A DNA stretch of 64,000 nucleotides from Raillietiella orientalis (Eukaryota). The position numbers and the translations under genes are program-made. The notes beneath the pieces are model-generated. The model saw only the letters and a program-made list of their open reading frames with translations. It had not been told where the DNA came from and searched no databases. The stretch is taken from assembly GCA_036172245.1 (NCBI GenBank), contig JAYWIR010000033.1, positions 496,001-560,000 of the forward strand, read 5' to 3'. How positions within the stretch are numbered: the first letter of the stretch is position 1; each line of letters starts with the position of its first letter. This document shows, one piece after another, positions 1 through 12,000 of the stretch.

Positions 1-1437
1 TTTCTATCATCCTAGACGACGCGAGGTCGTTGTGGTTGATCTACATCTCGCGGGTCATGTTGGTGAGCCTTCCTAACATGATCTCTATATACCGAAGTAT
101 ACGAGTGTGATGTAGGTAGCCTCCTCTTCTTCACTCCTAAATTCGATGCAGGGTAACTCTGGTCCGCCGGTAGATAAAGCTTCTCATATCCGAAGGAACC
201 GGAAGCATCCATGGGATCACCAGGATGGACTCGTCCTGCCAGAGTTCCCTAATTCTCTGCACGATCTTGATTTTGCCCTTACGGACCAGCCGTTGCTTCC
301 TCCTCCAGGTTGGGTCGATGCATGTCCACTCTCCTGCTCGGCCAAGCAGCGCAGTCATCAGGCCTTTCGAGTTGTTCAGCAACAACGCATAGGTCCTGTG
401 CACCGCATATGGCCAGTCATCCCAATGGGTGGCGATATCCAGGATGTGTCGCATATCCATGATTTCCATGGAATGTGCAGGCGACTTCATTCCGGAACAG
501 CCTTCTTCCCTGGGACGACACAGGGGTTTCAGACGAACTTTTGGGCGATAGTGGCTCCACAGTGTTTTGCGTTGCAGCTTCTCTACCTCTCTCGTGGTTT
601 CTTTGTTCACTCTAGCGAAGGCGGCCTCAAAGAGTACCTTTGGAAGGATTACTCCGTTTGACAGGTTAACCCTTCGCTCCATCCCAAAGTCCAGTCGAGT
701 GTATTTGGCTGCCTCCGTGGCCGTTTTCTTCAGGATTTCCGCCCACAGTAGCTTCGATGCGGAGTCGTCGCCTATGTAGTGTCCCAGGTACTTGGCTGTG
801 TCTACCGTACGGAATCCACTCCCTGTGAAAGCGAAGAGATCCAGTATTCCGACGGGCAAAAGCTGGCTCTTCCAAGCATTGATCTTCAGGCCCAGTCCAT
901 CTCTCATAAGGCTGACCACATCCAGGAACGTCAGTTGATCCCTCTCACCTCTTATTAAGAAGAGGAGATCGTCCGCGTAGGCTAGATGGGCTCGCTTCTG
1001 GTCGTCTACGTTCACTTCGTTCAAACGTCCGTTCTTCTCGACGAAAGAAGAAAGCTCTTCCATATAAATAACAAACAGCATCGGACTTAGCGAGTCGCCC
1101 TGCCGAACTCCTCGTTCCATCCGAATGACAGCCGTTTCCATTCCATTGATTTCATTCCGGAAGCGTTGATTCCGGAGGATCATTTGCACGTTACTGAAGT
1201 ATTCTGGAAGTCCCAGCTTTTCCGAAATCTTCAGCAGCATCTCGTGGTCGACTGTGTCGAAGACTTTTTCCATGTCTGTGAACGCAAGCACCAGGTACTC
1301 GCCGACGTATCGGCTAAGTCCCACGATAGCCTGGGCGCACTTGACATTGTCCAGCATGTAGCGTCCAGGTACTGCACACATCTGAACATTCAATATCAGC
1401 CTCGACATTACTTTGCCTAAGCGGTTGGCCTTGATCT
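1..1437 (-). mobile_element. Family A LINE (L1/Tx1-like) ORF2 fragment, RT domain onward; diverged copy running off the window edge
   Basis: ORF 137..1408 has DMEKVFD, GVRQGDSLSPMLF, YADD and YLG motifs and is collinear with ORF 38208..40769. Confidence 0.92.
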
Positions 1438-1474
1438 TACTGCCCGCTCGCCAGGTGAGGCGAGCACCACGGCC

Positions 1475-1510
1475 TCGCTTTCCCAGCCGTGATCACGGCT
1501 GGGAAAGCGA
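1475..1510. repeat. Perfect 36-bp palindrome at a family A / family B junction
   Basis: TCGCTTTCCCAGCCGTGA is followed directly by its reverse complement TCACGGCTGGGAAAGCGA. Confidence 0.97.
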
Positions 1511-1529
1511 TCGCGAGGGCGATCGCATC

Positions 1530-4290
1530 TTCTCGTCGTGACGTGCTGGAACGTCAGCGGTCTCCAACGCGGAGAGAAGAGGCGACTAGTAGCTAACGCT
1601 CTGCGCGCCTTCGACTTGACGCTCCTGCAGGAGATTCACAGCATCTCCGAAGACCAGGCTGCCGAAATCAAACGGCATGTGGGCGGAACGCTACATTATA
1701 GGTGCTGCGTCGAACGTACGTGCAGCGTCGCTTTCCTCGTACGAGGAACTATGGCGGGTGCGGTGCGCGGCGTTCGCTTCGACACGGAAGGCCGAGTGGG
1801 ACAGCTTGTACTCAAGTTGTCCGAATCGATAGAACTTGTCGTAACGAACGTGTACGCGCCGAGCAGTGCTGGATGATGGGCCAGAAGGATCGAGTTTCTC
1901 GGTACCGTTCGAAGCCAGTGGCTCACTCGTTCTCACCCTACTGTGGCGCATCTCATCGCGGGGGACTTTAATATCCACCTGCTGACCGAGAATAGCGCAC
2001 ACAAAAGGGGAAATTTGCTAGTGGGAGAGATGTACGCGTCCGTGCACGCGTGCAACTTGTTCGCTAACGACCCTGTTATGGCGACATTACCGGACCATGT
2101 ATTCCTCGATGAACACTTGCTCTGTCGAGTGGGTCGGAGAGGTCCCATGCCGTCCGTGCTTTCAGACCACATTAGGCTCGAGTTCGAGATGCTCCCGCCA
2201 GGCAAGGGGCCTCCAAACTGTTTTTGGAGGATGCCGGCAGACTAACTAAGCCACCCGGAGGCGGCTGAGCATCTTCGCCAGTACCTCCTCGGCTTTGCCA
2301 TAAGTGAGCTCGAGGACTGGGACGATCTGAAAAGATGTGTCCGCGAGTTTTGCAGCCGGTTTTCCTTGCACCAGCTTCCGCGCGGCTTCGGGGAGGGTGT
2401 AGCCAACAGCAGAGATTTTCTGCAGGCCCGCTTCTACTTTAGGCGCGCGCACGTTGGTGGATTATCCGAGTACAAGGCCAAGGCTGAGCGCAAGGCCTGC
2501 CAGTCCGGAGCGACAGTTCTGTTCGACGACCAGGACGGGGAATGCTCGGCTACAGCCGACGTTTCTCATCCGGATATGATGGGGCATTTGTTTATCTAGT
2601 CCTCACAGAATTAGTTAATAAAGTATTTGAAAAGTTTGTTGTGGGGAAACACTTGTATTTCCCACCTTGGCTCACGTGTCGGGTGCCGGTGCATATACCG
2701 GTTAGGTCCATTCCCGAGGCGCGTTGGAAGAAGAAACTAGAACAAAAAGAAACCAAAAGAGCAATAACGGAGAGAAAAACAGTTATATGGAGCTGTGGAG
2801 GGGGCAGGGAATGGATCACTGGGCGCCTAAGTCGGTCCTCTGCATCCTGTTTAGGAGTCAGTCAAGTTCTGCGGATAGTCTGGCGCTATTACTCTTCTCT
2901 GTATGCAGAGGCACCGACAGAACGCAGTCTCTTCGAGCTGCTTCTGCCGATTGATGCACCTGTCGTACACGAGGAGGAACGCGCGCGTCTCGATGAGCCC
3001 TTCACGGCAGAGGAAATTTCTTCGGCCATCTCGCGGCTCAAGAGACGAAAAGCGCCAGGCAAGGATCAACTCTCGCAGAATTCTTCCAGTGCTTTGCGGT
3101 GGAGCTCATCCCCCTAGTGCTCCAACTCTCGTCGCTGATGCGAGACGCGGGCGATGCTCCGCCTAGTTTCGCTCAGCGAAGGTGCGTCTCCTGCCTTAAG
3201 ACGGAGATTTGCGCCAACTGAACAATTGACGTCCGATCACATGAATGAATTCGGAGGTCAAGTTGTTCTCGAAATTTTGGGTGGCGCGGATGGGGAGGAT
3301 CGCGAAGTCTTTGGTAAGTACGGAGCAGACCTACGCTGTTCCTGGGCGGTCCATGGACGCGAACCTCTTGTTCATCCGCACATGGCTACAATTGAATCAT
3401 CGCGTGGCGATGGATCGTCATGCGGAAGCGACGCCTTCGATCTCTCACCGACGGAGGCGCGGGTCGCAAAGGGAAACCCCGAGAGCCTTAGCGCTTGCAG
3501 TCGATTTGCACAAAGGTTTCGATTGTGTGAACCAAAAGCTTCTTCTTGAGCTCTTGGAACGCCTGGGGCTCCCGGCATCCCTGTTAGCGTACTTGCGCTT
3601 CTGCTGGCGCCACGCGATTGCATCCATTGTTTTGAGTGGCTGTCCCGTGTACGGCGTGCCGGTTAGGCGAGGTATTAGGCAGGGCGATAGCTTAAGCCCG
3701 TTGCTCTTTAGCATCTATTTTGAAATGGTGCTAGAGGCTTACAGGCTGATGCTAGCCAACCTGCCGAGCTCCTGTCCAGGTACGCCGGCCGTGGCAGCCT
3801 ATGCCGACGACCTGCTTCTCCTGTTGCCCATGTCCACCCCGGCAGCGTCGCTTGAATATTTCCTTAAGTTGATCCGTCGCGATGCGGGTGACGAGTTCAA
3901 AGAGGACATCGCCGGCATCCTTCGCCTGTTTACAGACTTTTAAGAACGGCGCAATCGTTTGACCATTGTGACCTGTAGCCCACCGATACCCCTTTCCCGC
4001 TCGCTCTGCTAAAATGCCGGCGCCATTACTATTATCCCGTTGCGAACCAGGGCAATCCCAAAGATCCTTGTCCCGGCGTCCCCAATTGATTTCCTCTTAT
4101 TTTGTTTTTGTTTGTTTGTATTCCCAGTTTCCCCACACCGTTCTGTGTTATTCTGGCCTGCGTGCCAACAATTTTCTTGTAATCGTCGTTCAGTCGTCGA
4201 TTGGGAGCATGGTTCCCAGCTGGTTCATTTAATATAATTGATTTTGTTTACATTATATGAAATAAGCGCCCCTTATTGACCGGGTGAGAA
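1530..4290 (+). mobile_element. Family B LINE: disrupted ORF2 (EN, RT up to YADD), internal deletion near 3865, 3' UTR and terminal motif
   Basis: WNVSG, LQEIH, NVYAP, GDFN, DHV and SDH in ORFs 1538..1876 and 1943..2245; DLHKGFD, GIRQGDSLSP and YADD in 3245..3943; ends AATAAGCGCCCC..GACCGGGTGAGAA. Confidence 0.88.
2563..2857 (-). mobile_element. 5'-truncated family B 3' end (about 300 bp) inserted antisense in ORF2 of the preceding element
   Basis: Host peptide ..ECSATADV stops here and resumes ..LRIVWRYYSSLY; the insert is homologous to 59205-59496 in reverse orientation. Confidence 0.8.
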
Positions 4291-6190
4291 GTCTCCTGCG
4301 CTTATTCTGCAGAGATCACATGGATCTCCTGCAGCAGCTCAAGGTCGAACTTTCTCAGAATGGCGGCCATGTCTCCTCTCCTGCCGGCGTCGGTCATGCC
4401 GTTGATGTTCCATACGGCGATGCCTACACGACGGCGGGAGGAGATTCCCTGCATTACTTCCGGGATGATGGTGTGAGGGAACCCGACTCTTCCGAGGCGG
4501 GTAAGATACCCAATAAGGTTTCAGCCTCATCAGGCACCTGCGGTACTTTTTCGGTGTCCACTTTCTTTATCTCCTCCGTGTCCGTACATGGTGGTTCCTC
4601 GGGTGACGAGTCCCGGGATTCTTCCACTCTCATGGCACCCTCGCATTTGTATGTCATTCCAACGCCTCTCTCGTGGAGAAGGGCCTTCCTTTGCTGGACT
4701 TCCGTCCAGCCTTACGGCAGGGTGGCGCGGAGATGGAAGCTTCGTTTCCGGCCTGCGACTCGGGTTTGGAAGTTCTCGACTCCTCGGTGGAAGCCGGACG
4801 CCTAAATGTCTTTTTGTCAGCCTTGATGGGGTGTGGCTGTAACGATGCAGCCAGCTCCTCTGCATTACGCTCAAAGGCGGTGTTATCCATTGCGGTCTCA
4901 ATGACGTACGCTTTCGCCGGCTCGCTCCGCTCGCTGTTGACATTTTCAACAGTGGGTTGCTCGGCGGTAGAAGCGAGTTCTGCCTTGCAGCGATCGGCAG
5001 GAATGCGTATCACGACGACGCTGCATTCTTTCAAATTCTCGCTAACCTCCTTTTTTTTCATTTTGGTATGCGATCTCTTTATCATGTCGTCGTTTTCTCT
5101 GTGACATTTTCTTTTTCGCTGTTAATTCCTGCCATTCAGGCACTTGACCGCTTCTCTCGATCTTTTCTGCATTGGTTGCCGAGATGTCGGCCGCGGCCTG
5201 GGCCATGGGCGTGGGTGGCAAAGCTTGAGCGGCAGCCTTCGCTGCCAGGCTTTCCTGGAACGGCCAAGCGCGTTTTTAAACTTCCTCGCGGAAACCACGC
5301 GCTCAGCGGTTTGTGGGCACACTTTCCTCGTGTGGTCCATTGTTCCACATACCTAGCACTGTACGTTGGGTTACCTCCTTTTGAGGTATTTCGACGTTTT
5401 GCAGAAGCCACAGTATTTGGGTTCCCCACGTACCAGAGGTCGACGCTTTCGGCGCCGACCACCAGTTTGTGGAAAAGGGTAGAACCCATTTGCGTACGCT
5501 CACACGTGCAGCTGTGAGGCCGCACTGAACTGTAGGCCAGTCCTGGAAATGACTAAGCTTGGTCCACACTGCAAGGACCGTGCCTTGTTCTCTTAACGCG
5601 GCGCGTACTTGTTCTTTCCGCATCCGCGCGGTCACTTCTAGAAGGTGGACTACCATACTGTGGTCCGCCGTAATGGGAAGGAGCCTGCGTTTTCCCGTCA
5701 CCATGGGGGTTTTGAGGAGAGGCTGGGAAAGATCTGCGTGTTTGCAGATCACCTCTACGTGCTGCTCCCGCTACGGATGGTCATAAATCAGAGCTCTTGC
5801 TCTTTAACATCAAGAGTGCGCATCCCCTTTGAAAAAGCGCACGCACTCTAAGAACAAAACAGATTGCCTACCTTGTAGAATAGCGAGGGGCTGTATCCCT
5901 CTTTCACGTAGGCATTTAATTCTGTCGCGGCTGCAATCGATGTCGTCGATACGACGGCGCTACACGCCCTCGCTGCAGCGGTGACCGGTTGTGCGTGGGC
6001 GGATGCCCCCACCTCCTCCGCCACTGAAGGCGACGTTGCCGCTGCCCCCTGGCACTCCATGTTTTCTGGAGAAGACGTTGCCGCTGCCCCCTGGCACTCC
6101 ATGTTTTCTGGAGGAGACGTTGCCGCCAACCCCTGACACGCACTGGTGGTCGTGTTAGGCATTGCTGCCTGATCGATTACCAACAAACAC
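4291..6190 (-). mobile_element. Family B LINE 5' part: frameshifted ORF1 and start of EN, cut at AQE|
   Basis: ORFs 5848..6186, 5303..5752, 4654..5085 and 4454..4657 resemble other family B ORF1s; the minus strand then reads WNING..FDLELLQEIHVISAE. Confidence 0.85.
6032..6140. repeat. 42-bp tandem repeat (about 2.5 units) in the ORF1 N-terminus
   Basis: GACGTTGCCGC.. recurs at 6032, 6074 and 6116; encodes AATSSPENMECQGA on the minus strand. Confidence 0.92.
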
Positions 6191-6199
6191 GAAGCTTAC

Positions 6200-6850
6200 A
6201 CCTAGGGACTGTTAGCTTCGCGAACGGCGATGCTTTCCAGTGCTACCGAGCACTCACGGAGGGTTTCGAGACGAGGCTTCTTCTTTTTGTAAATCGCGCC
6301 GGTCGCGACTTTATCCGCGTTTTTCTCAGTTTTCGCAGCTGGTTTTTGCTTTTTGACGTTTTCGAACTCGCAGCCCTTCTGAATACCCACGTCTTCGGAA
6401 ACTGTTTCCTCAGACACCTGTGTTGGAGGAAGGGGGAATGGCGGCTGCCGTCGGCCGCTTTCTCTTTTAGGTCTTTCAACCTTATTTTTTCTCTTTGCCT
6501 GCGCCTTTTTGTATGCAGGCGGTACCGGGGTGAGGTGTTTCGGACACACGCTTCGAAGGTATCCCTTTTCCCCGCACAAATAGCACTCAATATTGGGGCA
6601 CCTCTCACGGAGGTGCCCTAATGCATTGCGGTACTCGCAATGACGTGGCTTTCCCACGTACCAGAGGTGGACGGCCTCGTTGGCCACTTCCAGTTTGTTG
6701 GGGAGCCCACAACCGCCTTCTATTGTAACACGCGACGCGGATTGACCCCCGAAGAGGCTGTTCTAGCTTTCGGATATCGTGGGCTTCTCCCACAGCGCGT
6801 GCACGTGCAAAAGAATGCGATCGATTTGGCGAGACAGCTTATGCCACTTG
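6200..6850 (-). pseudogene. Second family B ORF1 fragment (zinc-knuckle region)
   Basis: ORF 6202..6687: LWYVGKPRHCEY..GHLRERC and CYLCGEKG..VC. Confidence 0.82.
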
Positions 6851-7299
6851 GCTCCTAGACGTTCGTAGGGAGGAGATCGATTGACTCGAACCATTTAACG
6901 ACAGCTTGGTCCAATAGTCCGGTCTTGTCGTAATCAACGCCACGCATTGATTTCTCGAATTTGCCTCTTGCGAGAAACGCCACTGCATTCATACGTGCGA
7001 CACCGCACCACAAAGGTGGCATTCCCTCATCGCGTTTCTCGATTTCGGCAGGGTTTAGTATTGGTAGGTTTTTTTTTTGTAAAGTTGTCAGTTTATGGTG
7101 TTCATTTGTGACTTCCAAAAGCTCATGTGGAGTGTATTTCTTATGGTTTTATGATTCTTTCTAGGAATATATTAGAATAAGGAGGGTATGGAATAGAGCG
7201 GTGGTTTGTGAAGTATAACTATGGAATGCGCGAAAATCTCCAAAGAGATTATGGTGCATTCCCTACGGAGGCACGAGCTTAATGGAGTGAAGGGCGTTG

Positions 7300-8330
7300 C
7301 CTACTAGTCGCCTCTTTTCGACGTCCTGCATTTCGTTTAAGTTCGCGCATGCAACATACAGATGGCAATAAGATGCATTTCTTCTTCTTAGTGCTGATAA
7401 GATGTCAGCTTTTTGCTAGTTTTATCAGTCAGGAGGACAGTGAGCAGCACCACTTGTTGGACGGTAATTTCGCCCACGGCCGCTATAGCTCTGCATGCAG
7501 CCGTGTGGCAACTCTGCAGTGCTTTCCTGAATCTTTTTCACTTCCTCAGAAGCGGAGCACGTCCACGCTATCCACCTGCTTTCGCTTTCAAGGTCTTGTC
7601 CTGGTTCCTTATCCTGAGTGACTCCAGCAAATCTGCGGAAGGTGCAGACTTTTTGTAGGACAAAAAGCAATCGATGATCCCTGAATGACAACTTGATGGA
7701 ATTCAGAAATCACTGGCTCTTCGCCTTCAGCGAAAAACTGGCAGTGTCTGCTAGCTCCAAGGCAGTTCTGGCATTGGGTTCCGTGATCACAGCGTCTCTT
7801 TTGGTTACGGTTGCTTTGCGGATGCGCGAGATTTGTATAGCGAATCGCGCTATTGCGTGAGGAACCTTCTCACGAATACTCATCGCTCTGCGCTTTTCAG
7901 AGAATCTTGGAACCAGGTATTCGAGCGACTTTTGTAGCCTTTTTATTTCTGCTCTTCTTCACAACCATGCGTCTTACTTCACCATCGTTGGAAGCGATCG
8001 GATATTACTACCCGAGAACTTCCGACGTTTCCACCACGACAAACAGCGGCAGTGCCTTCGCAGCAGGTTTGAACCGCTTTTTCGGGGTCTCGTTGGCAAC
8101 TGCCAATGCTCGCCCTCTCACTGTGGAAGTGTTAAGAGCCTCTTGGCTGCGCGCCTGCGCGCGGCAAGTGTTTTGGAGCTCCAACATTCCAAGGTGGATT
8201 TCTCCTGCCTCCATCGAGGCATGAACGCTAACCAGCTACTGCGATAGATCGTAAAACGATAAACGACGTAAAACTTATGAAGGCGTGGACGCCCCGGAAA
8301 CTAGCAGGAGCTTAAACAACGAGTGTGTCG
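7300..8330 (-). mobile_element. Highly decayed probable family B 5' end / ORF1 relic
   Basis: Minus strand at 8329-8307 (GACACACTCGTTGTTTAAGCTCC) resembles the 5' end at 59503 (GACGCACTTGTTGTTCGCTCC); coding similarity is weak. Confidence 0.35.
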
Positions 8331-8399
8331 CCAAATGAAATTGAGCGCTAGAGTTAGCTGCTCGGTATGTCTACGGAGAAGCTGAAGTGGTTCCAAGCG

Positions 8400-9114
8400 T
8401 CTCGTGAATATGACATTCTCCCCCTGCAATGTTAGGAGACGGCGTTGCTTCTGCTCCATTGGGGACGTTTAAGCAGAGCGCGCCTGTCACACAGGACAAC
8501 GGGGAGTGTGGATGCCAACTGCGCAGAGTGCGGAGAAAGAGAGACCTGCCCCCACGTACTCGTCGAGTGTGGTGCCCTCCGTCAGATGTGGGATCGACTC
8601 TCATCGATCCTGAACATTCTGACCCGAAGAACATTTTGCGGGTGTGTAGCAGTGCTCTGTTGCATACGCGGAATTCTGGATAAGTAAACCGCCTCAAGGA
8701 GAGGCCTCATCAGTCGGACTGCCATCCACTGGGCAGCCATCTCGTTGGAGAAGGCCTGCCGTTGCCGTCGACTGAACAAACATTTGCCGGCACTTGTTCA
8801 CATTCAAACCCGGATGCAAATGCCTCCCTACGGCGTACCGTGATCCATTTCCTTCCCTAACCACCCTATAGACATTGTCCCCAAAGCGTTTTTTTTTTAT
8901 TTGTTTCTTTGTTTTGTTTTTTTTGCTCTTCTTCCCGTTTCCTTTGTCAGTGGAGAAGACTTCATCAGCATACATTTCGGGAATTACAAGTGCATAAGAC
9001 AAAAAGAACAATGTGTTCTGAATGGAAAACAAGTACAGACGAGAGGACTTCATTATAAAATACGTGATTGTAAAAATTTTCAATGATGAAAGCTCCGGCT
9101 AACCCGAATGAAAA
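8400..9114 (+). mobile_element. Decayed family B 3' end (C-terminal CCHC motif, T-rich UTR, degenerate terminal motif)
   Basis: CAECGERETCPHVLVEC and AVLCCIRGILDK in ORF 8445..8687; terminus homologous to 29581-29630 in reverse. Confidence 0.75.
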
Positions 9115-9900
9115 TCCGAGGTGTATTGGATCTCTCCTTATTTTCTTTTTCTTTTTAGCCACTCGGGGGGGTAAGAAGAGAACAAACACGCTTTGCTTCA
9201 TCGGCATTGCTATTCTTTACATATTTTGTCACTGCCAATCACTCGGGCTTCATGAAGCCCGATGGCGCTAGTGTGGTTACCCGACCTGAGGCAAGAGCGC
9301 TTTCCATAGGCGCGAATTTCCTCTTGGGGCTACCCTGCCCTAAGAGGGGCACTCGTTGCTTCAAGAGCGAGGTCTTTTGCTGCTGACAAACACTTTTACC
9401 TGTCTTCTACCGCACTTTTTGTTTTTCTCCTGCGGTGTTCTTTTTTACCGCCACCTTTTCCGCACGGCAGTGCCTTCAATCTGCCTTTTTGCGTTTAATT
9501 TTCATACAATTTCTTATGTCGTTTCCGGGTAACTTGTTGTATCGGCATTGACACAAAGGGCAATTTCTGGATTGGTGTCCTCGTTCTCTGCATTTTGAGT
9601 CTGATAGAAACTTGAGTGCGAACTACAGATGAACGTAAGTGTTTTTCACCTATTGATTCGTAGGCAGAAGACGAAGATCGGACGTGATGAGACGCACCGC
9701 ATTGGTTCCGCTGTGAATAAACAGGATGTCCTTTAAGGTGCTGTAAACCATCCATAGTGCGTGGACCTTGGCGAATCTCGCTAATGGGCTGCATATTTCG
9801 CGCTCGAAAACCTGGAGCTGCGAATATTGTGATTTTGAATAAATAATAACAACGCTCGTTATATAATGAATACAAGTCAACAGGAAAGCATCATAAAGCA
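9115..9900 (-). pseudogene. Decayed family B-type ORF1
   Basis: LARFAKVHALW..LKD matches LAKFATVHALW..LKD at 47.1 kb; knuckle remnant KCRERGHQSRNCP near 9560-9595. Confidence 0.65.
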
Positions 9901-11039
9901 CTTCGTAGAATACCGAATGGTCATAAAATATTGTAAACGCAACTCTGAAAAATGTCAGTTTCTTATGCTATTTGCAATTTTCAAGGGTTCAGTTGACACA
10001 TAGAGCATGTTGTGGTGTTTTCTCAGTACATCATCTCAAGTTCTCATCGCCAAGCTAGGAATTATGAGCTCTGCGACTCTTATGTAGCTGCAGTTCGTAT
10101 TCCCTTAAAAGACAAAACCGGAAGCTACAGGGAATTTATTCTACGCAGCAACTAAATTGCAGCGTCGTTCAATCAGTTTCTCCCTTCAACTTCACCGCCA
10201 CAACTGTTCCTGCAGGCCAACGGCATCTTAGGCTGCCAGGTACTGGCTGAAGGTTACGGCCTGTACGTAATCTGAAAAATTTCCTAGTGTCCTGTTGGGA
10301 ATCAAATAATCTTCATGGAAATCCGAAAATACATCCAATGAAGATAGCTCACATGCAATTCTATGAGGAACTGTTGAGATAGAATTTAGAAACAGTGTAA
10401 GAAAAGAAGTCGGGACAATCTCAAATAACCACAACCCAATACAAGAGAAATTATGGGTGATCTGAGAAGGAACTTGCGCCGAATTCGAGTGCTTTCTTAT
10501 GGAAAAAAATGCTTTCTCTGCTCAAAGATTCCACAAATTTAACATGTGCAAGCACGATATTTGGTACGTACTGTCACACACCACGCGTTATAATGAATGG
10601 AAACGTGAAATAGATTCCCATAGCTCAAAATGGTATATGCAAAGCCTCTGGAAAACCAAACTAGATTGTGGAAGGATACGTACGTCACAATTCTATCTGA
10701 GTAGTGTACAGTACAAGAATCATCTGGACCATCAAGAAAATAATTAATATACTCCGTAGCATAAGGTCCTCCCACCTAGAGGCATTATAATAACCAGTGG
10801 CTAAGTGCACTTCACTTACCTCGATGTCCAGCCGACAACCCCCTGCACGTCGAACAACATATCGATTACTATATAACATTTCACACTTTGTAGCAGTGTT
10901 GTCGAAAAAGAGATTGCAAGGTCCATCCAAACGTGTAAAGAATAGTACATCCACTATGATCCTATCCTTATTCAAAGTTACGTTTTTACTGACACAAGCG
11001 CAGTCAGTTGGGATACTGCAGAGCATACTAACAGTGGTC

Positions 11040-12000
11040 ATCTACACAAAATTAAATTCAGTGACATTTTAAAATACTTAAAAACACTAGAGCAGAAAGC
11101 AAAACACCGATATGCGCAACTAGAGCAATAAATTTTTTTCATAGTAAAACTCTGACTTTAAATGCCACAAATACCCACAAAAGCATGCAAAAACTGAGAA
11201 CAATTTACCCTAAAGAAAATACTAGAAAAAAAAATTGTTTCTCAGAGACTAAAGTTCAGTCGCCATACTACGAAAAAGCATTTACTTCGAGACAAAAAAA
11301 AAAAGTTTAAGACTCCACTTCTTGAGCATCAGCAAAAGAACTAGAGAACAAAACATGAAAACCATGCTAAAGAGAGCAATAGTGCCCATCTCCTGCTTCA
11401 GCAACTATTCTTACAACAAAGAAAAAGATTCTCCAATGCATCTTCCCTCCGATAGATCCACACAGAATTAGTCCGAATAACCAATGCCGCACTCTAACGA
11501 AATGCACCAACGCATCTAAAGAAATCAGAAATTACGCGGACTGCAAACCAATAAGAACCGTGGTCAACACTTGCAACGATATGAGCCAAACTTGTCCAGC
11601 ACACACAGCTTTCGAAATCATCCCACTCGAGTACACGTGATGCAAAGATCCAGGATTCCCAGCTGAAGGGGCGTTTGCTGCCAGACGGAGAAGCGGAGCG
11701 AGTGCAGAACCAAGATCACAAGCTGCGTACAGCTCGTCGAGAGAAAGATGTCATAGCAATTTAGCAATCCAACAGGCCACACGGCAAAGAGCTTTACGCT
11801 CCTACTCCAAACGTCTTAACCGCTGAATTCATGCAACGGTTCCCATTCACCGAACCTGCAAGGAGAGATCAGGCTACTCGCTGAATGATATGCATGTCAA
11901 AACAGGAAAATATGGCAGCCTGATAAATCGTCCACAGCAAGAGGCGATGTTGAAAATACAATAAAAAGCAATCGGCATTCGTAGCAGTCTCCCTATTTGA
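11040..12000 (-). mobile_element. Old LINE 3'-end relic
   Basis: Reverse-complement homology to 15.8-16.8 kb, for example GACTGCAAACCAATA(A/G)GAAC and AGTACACGTGATGCAAAGAT. Confidence 0.55.

Noticed and set aside
6032..6140. CRISPR-like array
   Set aside because: Contiguous coding tandem repeat with no unique spacers and no cas genes.
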